40,930 bases of DNA from Patescibacteria group bacterium (lineage in GTDB: Bacteria > Patescibacteriota > Microgenomatia > Levybacterales > UBA12049): assembly GCA_023473545.1 (NCBI GenBank), contig JAMCXO010000022.1, positions 1 through 40,930 of the forward strand, written 5' to 3'. The notes beneath the pieces were generated by a model. It saw only the letters and a list, made by a program, of their open reading frames with translations, did not search any database and was not told where the DNA came from. A program made the translations under genes and the position numbers. This document shows, piece after piece, positions 35,889-40,930 of this stretch (within the stretch, counting starts at the first letter, position 1; every line of letters begins with the position of its first letter).

Positions 35889-38168
35889 ATGTCTGATATT
35901 CTATTTTTGGTCGTTAAAATTCTTACGGCTATAGGAGATGCCGTAATTTTTATAGCGGGCTTTTTTATAAAAAAAATAATCGGGGTGTTCAAGATGCTCT
36001 TAAAATTCACAAAAGCAACCCTTGGCAGCCTCCGGAATTTGGCAGGCATAATCTCTCAAAAACTACCGGCAAATATAGCCTTAAACATCAAAAAGAAATT
36101 GTCCAAACCGTTTCCCAAAAAGCGGCTTAGAAAAAAGCGGGAAATCTATAGCTTAAAAAAAGCCGCCCGGTCTTTTAGCTTTATCGCTAAGCTTAGGTAT
36201 TTCATCTTGGGTTTTCTGTTTTCTTTCCTGTTCATATTTATTCCACTCTTATCCCTTATCTTTATCCAAGAGCTTCCCAGTCCGAGAAGCCTTTCCTTAA
36301 GACAAATTCCCCAAACAACCAAAATCTACGACCGAAACGGAATTCTTTTGTATCAGATTTACGCTAATCAAAACAGAACCCTTGTGCCTCTAAGCGTAAT
36401 TCCGGCCTATCTTAAGCAGGCAACGATTGCCATTGAGGATAAAAATTTTTACCATAACCCGGGGGTTGATTTCGCGGCCATCATAAGGGCTGCCATAAAT
36501 GACCTGGAGGGAAAAAGCCTGGAAGGAGGATCAACCCTTACCCAGCAATTAATAAAATCTTCCCTTTTAACGCCTAAAACCAATATGATGAGAAAAATAA
36601 AAGAAGCGATACTGGCTTTATGGGCGGAAAAAATATACACCAAGAATCAAATACTTGAAATGTACTTTAATCAGATTCCGTACGGAGGAACTGCTTGGGG
36701 GGTTCAGGCCGCGGCGCAAACCTATTTCGGCAAAAATGTAAAAGATTTAGATCTTGCCCAATCTGCTTTCTTAGCCGGCATGCCAAGGGCGCCAACCTTA
36801 TACTCGCCCTTCGGACAAACGCCAACGCTTTGGAAGAGACGCCAAAAAGAGGTGCTCGACAGAATGGCTGCCCTAAAATACATAACCAAACAGCAGGAAA
36901 AAAAAGCGCTTTCGGAAAAGCTGACATTTAGGCAGCCGGAAAACCCGATACGCGCTCCGCACTTCTCCATGTACATCAAGGACCTTCTGATAAAAAAGTA
37001 TGGTCTGCCAATGGTTGAGAAAGGAGGATTAAAGGTTGTTACAAGCCTTGATCTTAAACTGCAGGACAAGGCACAGGAAATTGTTTCAAAGGAGGTTGCC
37101 AAAGATAATTACCTAAATCTCACTAACGGCGCTGCACTTATTACGAATCCCGAAAATGGTGATATTCTGGCAATGGTGGGAAGCCATGATTATAACGACC
37201 CAAACGGGGGGCAGGTAAATGTTACCACCTCTTTCAGACAGCCGGGCTCCTCCATAAAAGCGGTCATGTATTCAGCGGCTCTTTCCGACGGATTTACCGC
37301 GGCTACCATCCTTAACGACTCGCCGGTTACCTATTTTTCTCCCGGAGCGCCTCCCTACTCCCCTGTTAATTATGATCACAGGTTCCACGGAAAGGTTTCC
37401 TTAAGAATAGCATTCGCTAATTCCTTTAACGTGCCCGCTGTTAAAACGCTAAACCGAATCGGCATTCCTGCCATGGTTGCCATGGCCAAAAAAATGGGCA
37501 TCAAAAGCTGGGGGAATCCTAAACAATACGGTCTGTCTCTAACCCTTGGCGCCGCGGATGTTACCATGCTTGATATGGCAAATGTCTACGATACCCTGGC
37601 TAACCAAGGCGTAAGGGTGAGTCTTAATCCGCTTCTTAAGGTAACGGATGCCAGAGGCGATGTTTTGGAAGAAAAGGCTGCGGGTAAGTTCTCCAACAAG
37701 ACCTGGCCGTGGGCGCAAAATCAAAATCCGGGAAAACGCGTGCTTGATCCGGGGGTTGCCTTTATCATCTCTAATATTCTGGCTGATAATAACGCCAGAT
37801 CCGAAGAATTTGGATTAAACTCTCCCCTTTTTATTCCAGGACACACCGTTTCGGTTAAAACCGGCACATCGGATAACATAAGGGACAACTGGACAATCGG
37901 CTATACCCCTAACTGGGTTGTAACAGTCTGGGTGGGAAATGATAACAACTCGCCAATGCAGGGACTGGTCTCCGGTATAACAGGGGCAGCACCTATCTGG
38001 CATAGCATTATGGCCTATCTGCTGAATATTAAACCGGAAAAACCCATTCCCGTCCCGTCCGATGTAATAGAAAAGCCTTGTCTTGGCAGAATGGAATATT
38101 TTATCAGGGGAACGGAAAATTCCGTCAACTGCGCCTATATCGCTCCGACCCCAAGCCCACAAAAGTAA
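35889..38168 (+). CDS. Class A penicillin-binding protein (PBP1A family), copy 2, with basic N-terminal extension
   Basis: IEDKNF, GGSTLTQQL, QPGSSIK, NSFN and KTGT. Confidence 0.96.
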   Translation: MSDILFLVVKILTAIGDAVIFIAGFFIKKIIGVFKMLLKFTKATLGSLRNLAGIISQKLPANIALNIKKKLSKPFPKKRLRKKREIYSLKKAARSFSFIAKLRYFILGFLFSFLFIFIPLLSLIFIQELPSPRSLSLRQIPQTTKIYDRNGILLYQIYANQNRTLVPLSVIPAYLKQATIAIEDKNFYHNPGVDFAAIIRAAINDLEGKSLEGGSTLTQQLIKSSLLTPKTNMMRKIKEAILALWAEKIYTKNQILEMYFNQIPYGGTAWGVQAAAQTYFGKNVKDLDLAQSAFLAGMPRAPTLYSPFGQTPTLWKRRQKEVLDRMAALKYITKQQEKKALSEKLTFRQPENPIRAPHFSMYIKDLLIKKYGLPMVEKGGLKVVTSLDLKLQDKAQEIVSKEVAKDNYLNLTNGAALITNPENGDILAMVGSHDYNDPNGGQVNVTTSFRQPGSSIKAVMYSAALSDGFTAATILNDSPVTYFSPGAPPYSPVNYDHRFHGKVSLRIAFANSFNVPAVKTLNRIGIPAMVAMAKKMGIKSWGNPKQYGLSLTLGAADVTMLDMANVYDTLANQGVRVSLNPLLKVTDARGDVLEEKAAGKFSNKTWPWAQNQNPGKRVLDPGVAFIISNILADNNARSEEFGLNSPLFIPGHTVSVKTGTSDNIRDNWTIGYTPNWVVTVWVGNDNNSPMQGLVSGITGAAPIWHSIMAYLLNIKPEKPIPVPSDVIEKPCLGRMEYFIRGTENSVNCAYIAPTPSPQK

Positions 38169-38173
38169 CAGCT

Positions 38174-38806
38174 CTACTCCTTAAAAAGATCCAAAAGAAG
38201 ATCATATTGCCTTCGCGGATTATCGGAGGCAAAAATAAAGCTGTTGCTTACAAATCTTTGCGCGCCGAAGGACTTTGCCTCTAAAATGGTTTTATCATTA
38301 ATACCTCCGTCTATTTCAATCGGTATCCAGGTTTTATCCTTAACCGACAAAATTTTCTTAGCATATTCATCAACAAATTCCTGATGGGAAAATCCGGCGT
38401 CTATACTCATTACTAAAAGATTGTCCAGATCCGCAAGATCAACTCTAATATTTTCTAATGGAGTTTTTCCGTCCAGAGCCAACCCCACCTCTCCCAGTAA
38501 CTGTCCCTTGGCGATAAACTCGGCCTGGTCGGACATTCTTTCAACATGACCTATAAACCTTCTAAAACCGGCCATAAAGAATGAGTCAAGGTATTGAATC
38601 GGTTCATCAACCATCATATGAAGTTCTAAAAAAACCTTGCTTGAGTATTTTTTAAAAGGGCCTGGATCCAAAAAAGTGGTGTTTGGCGCAAAAACTCCGT
38701 CTATTATATCTATATGGACACTCTTGGCAAAAGGCAAAACCTGCTCTATTTTCCGCTCTATCTTGCTCCAATCTTTTTCTAGAATACCGGGAATAACTTC
38801 AAACAT
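38174..38806 (-). CDS. rpe: Ribulose-phosphate 3-epimerase
   Basis: HIDIIDG.F, ELHMMV, VMS..AGF..Q and IEIDGGIN. Confidence 0.93.
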   Translation of the reverse strand: MFEVIPGILEKDWSKIERKIEQVLPFAKSVHIDIIDGVFAPNTTFLDPGPFKKYSSKVFLELHMMVDEPIQYLDSFFMAGFRRFIGHVERMSDQAEFIAKGQLLGEVGLALDGKTPLENIRVDLADLDNLLVMSIDAGFSHQEFVDEYAKKILSVKDKTWIPIEIDGGINDKTILEAKSFGAQRFVSNSFIFASDNPRRQYDLLLDLFKE

Positions 38807-38921
38807 AAAACAAATTCAAAATGCAAAACTACAATTCAAAAGCAAAAAGTTAGGATTTGTGCATTTTTAAACTTTTGACTTTTTACTCGAAATTTTGACT
38901 TTTAAATTTTAACTTTTGACT
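38807..38921. repeat. Inverted heptamer-array hairpin element, second copy, overlapping the rpiB 3' end
   Basis: Its reverse complement tcaaaagtttaaaaatgc...aactttttgcttttgaattgtag.ttttgcattttga matches about 25481-25550. Confidence 0.75.
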
Positions 38922-39368
38922 TTCTTCTATCTTCTTTATTTTCTCAATTCTTCTCTTGTGTCTCTCTTCATTGGAAAATGGGATTTTAAGGAAAAGTTCT
39001 ATTGCCCTAAGCGCTGTTTTTTTATCGGTGAATCTTGCTCCTACAGATAACATATTCGCGTCGTTGTGCGTACGGAAAAACTTAACCATAGACGTATCGC
39101 TGCCAAAAAAAACAGAGCAGCGGATATTTTTATATTTATTTGCGACAATTGCCTCTCCCTGGCCGGAGCCGCCAAAGATTATGCCAAGATCCCCAAGTGA
39201 TCGGGAAACCTTTTGTGCCGCTTTTGATATTAAATCCGGGTAATCATCGTCCTTGTTAAAAGAAAACGCGCCGCAATCCTCAACCTCATATCCCTTTTCC
39301 GCAAGATGATTCTTTACCCTTTCTTTTAACTCAAATCCGGCGTGGTCCGCGGCAAGGTATATTTTCAT
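38883..39368 (-). CDS. rpiB: Ribose-5-phosphate isomerase B
   Basis: ADHAGFELK, DDYPD, GGSGQGE (Glu-type active site), HNDAN and RHKRRI. Confidence 0.95.
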   Translation of the reverse strand: MKIYLAADHAGFELKERVKNHLAEKGYEVEDCGAFSFNKDDDYPDLISKAAQKVSRSLGDLGIIFGGSGQGEAIVANKYKNIRCSVFFGSDTSMVKFFRTHNDANMLSVGARFTDKKTALRAIELFLKIPFSNEERHKRRIEKIKKIEESQKLKFKSQNFE

Positions 39369-40288
39369 CTGCCCTCCATTCCTTTCTTAAAGAGGGTGTA
39401 AAAATGGATAAAGTTAGCGGCAATTTGATCTGCCGCCTCTTCTTCCGAAATTCTCTGATCTCTAAAAGAAACAAGCGGTTCCCAGAAAACCGTTCTGCCC
39501 ACGGCAAAACCAATAACCCCGGGAACCCCCGCGGCCTCATAAATCCATTTCTCAACCTGGGAAGGCTTGGCTCCCCTTCCCAAAACAACTACCCCGACAT
39601 CATTTCCGCCGTCTGCTTTAGCTTGGTTTACCAACTTTTGGTAACTATCTCTTGTCTCCATGCCCTCCATTTTCCAGACATCCGGCTCAATCCCTGCCTC
39701 TTGAAATTCCGAAACCACGTCAATGGCCAAAGACGGCCTTGTGTTTCTGTCGTAAAGACTTTTATCCCCGTTAGCTTTTTTTAGCTCTCCTTCCGTTGGT
39801 TCTATCAAAACCTCAACCAAAAATTTATAGCCCTGGCCATGACAGAACTCGCTCAAGATCTTAAGTTTTTGTCTCTGTCTATCTTTTAAATCCTGCGGAT
39901 CCTCAGGGTTATACCGCACCAATGCCTTGGCAAAATCAGGATTAAATTTTTTTATATGTTCTCCAAAATCACTTCCATACTCAAGAGCAAACTCTTTCTG
40001 TCCGCTTTTTTCAACCGTTAAAAGCGTGATTATACCCGAAGAAACCGCATCCTTTAATATCTCTTCTCCAAACTGCTCATCAACTAAAATTGCCGCATCT
40101 TCTTTTTTAATGGTTTTTTCAATTGCTTTTTTAAACCCTTCATAAATTATCCGCTTTAGCCCTTTTATCGTCCGTGTTTCCTCGTTGGTTGGAGGTCTTC
40201 CATCAATCCCAAACATTCCCTTCATAAAAGTTGACCGATGGTCAAAGGGAAGAATAAAAAGAAACTTATTATAGCCTAAATTATTCAT
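39365..40288 (-). CDS. DUF2090 class I aldolase-like protein
   Basis: LFILPFDHR, ILVDEQFG, KALVRYNP, PDVWKMEG, VLGRG and GFAVGRTVF. Start at ATG 40288 (ATGA overlap with the pfkB stop). Confidence 0.88.
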   Translation of the reverse strand: MNNLGYNKFLFILPFDHRSTFMKGMFGIDGRPPTNEETRTIKGLKRIIYEGFKKAIEKTIKKEDAAILVDEQFGEEILKDAVSSGIITLLTVEKSGQKEFALEYGSDFGEHIKKFNPDFAKALVRYNPEDPQDLKDRQRQKLKILSEFCHGQGYKFLVEVLIEPTEGELKKANGDKSLYDRNTRPSLAIDVVSEFQEAGIEPDVWKMEGMETRDSYQKLVNQAKADGGNDVGVVVLGRGAKPSQVEKWIYEAAGVPGVIGFAVGRTVFWEPLVSFRDQRISEEEAADQIAANFIHFYTLFKKGMEGR

Positions 40289-40930
40289 TGCAAGATCTTC
40301 TCTATTTCTTGTCTGGTTAAAAGTCCGGGAGTTGAACCTATCTGTCCGATAACAGATCTGGCGTTTTCCCCTCCCCACCTCATTGCCTCGTTAAAATCTT
40401 TGCCTAATAATACCGCTGATAAAAATCCCGAGGCAAAAGCGTCGCCCGCCCCTGTTCTTTCAACGATTTGAATTTCTTCCTGTGAAGATACTGCGCTCAT
40501 CTGCCCATTCTCATCAATTAGAAAAGCTCCTCTGTCCCCGTCTGTTAAAACAACTGTTTTGGGACCGATTTTCCTGACTTCTTTAAGAATAGTCTCTGTT
40601 TGAACCCTGTACTCATCATCACCCGAAGCTTTCTCAAAAACAAGTTGGGCAATTTTCATTCCCTCTTCTTTATTGATAAACAAGATCTCTGTTTTCTCAA
40701 GCACATTTTTAAAACTTTCAGCTCCCTTCGCAAGCTGCAGGGTTCCCGGGTTAAACGCAAGTTTAATATTATTTTCGCTAATATAATCCAAGGTTTTTTT
40801 ATAAGCATCTTCCCACCTATTCCCCATTGAAGTTAGATAAATCCAAGAAGTTTTAACATTCTCAAAAGAAAAATCGTGAGTCCTCTCTGCGTGCTCTTCG
40901 AAAATTGTTCTGTCCTTCCTGTAGTTAATG
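40285..40930 (-). CDS. PfkB family carbohydrate kinase (5' end outside the window)
   Basis: The frame stays open to the window end (INYRKDRTIF...WIYLTSMG). Motifs FNPG, INKEE, VLTDG and ERTGAGDAFASGF. Confidence 0.93.
   Translation of the reverse strand, partial: INYRKDRTIFEEHAERTHDFSFENVKTSWIYLTSMGNRWEDAYKKTLDYISENNIKLAFNPGTLQLAKGAESFKNVLEKTEILFINKEEGMKIAQLVFEKASGDDEYRVQTETILKEVRKIGPKTVVLTDGDRGAFLIDENGQMSAVSSQEEIQIVERTGAGDAFASGFLSAVLLGKDFNEAMRWGGENARSVIGQIGSTPGLLTRQEIEKILQ

Noticed and set aside
35220-38010. PBP repeat pair as DGR template/variable regions
   Set aside because: Both copies are in coding paralogues, mismatches are not adenine-specific, and no reverse transcriptase is in the window.
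1-40930. tRNA/rRNA genes, transposases, integrases, alternative genetic code
   Set aside because: None recognised by eye. Conserved genes are uninterrupted under code 11 and several end in TGA.

Overview
This 40.9 kb bacterial window uses the standard genetic code (TGA is a stop). Gene content and style point to a Patescibacteria/CPR genome, probably Microgenomates-like; that placement is an inference. Housekeeping genes are mreB (partial), an O-antigen-ligase/TPR protein, def-fmt, rpmB, an M50 protease, an ABC exporter, gap, pgk, a cmk-like kinase, two tandem class A PBPs and pfkB(partial)-DUF2090-rpiB-rpe. An accessory block (about 6.8-19 kb) encodes hypothetical, twin-arginine/LGFP-like and Cys-rich surface proteins. 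There are two toxin-antitoxin pairs. The most interesting region is a B12/dNTP locus (19.1-25.6 kb). It holds a compact cobalamin riboswitch with terminator upstream of an unknown 518-aa soluble Zn-ribbon protein, which converges on an NrdR-box-controlled nrdR-nrdJ-pduO operon. The NrdJ carries a LAGLIDADG intein that ends in Ser-Arg-Gly rather than His-Asn, directly before the catalytic Cys. Other signals are heptamer repeat arrays inserted in frame in housekeeping genes, two families of dispersed hairpin elements, a G8 frameshift at the 5' end of ribA and a recurring non-canonical promoter motif. I found no tRNA, rRNA, CRISPR array or transposase.
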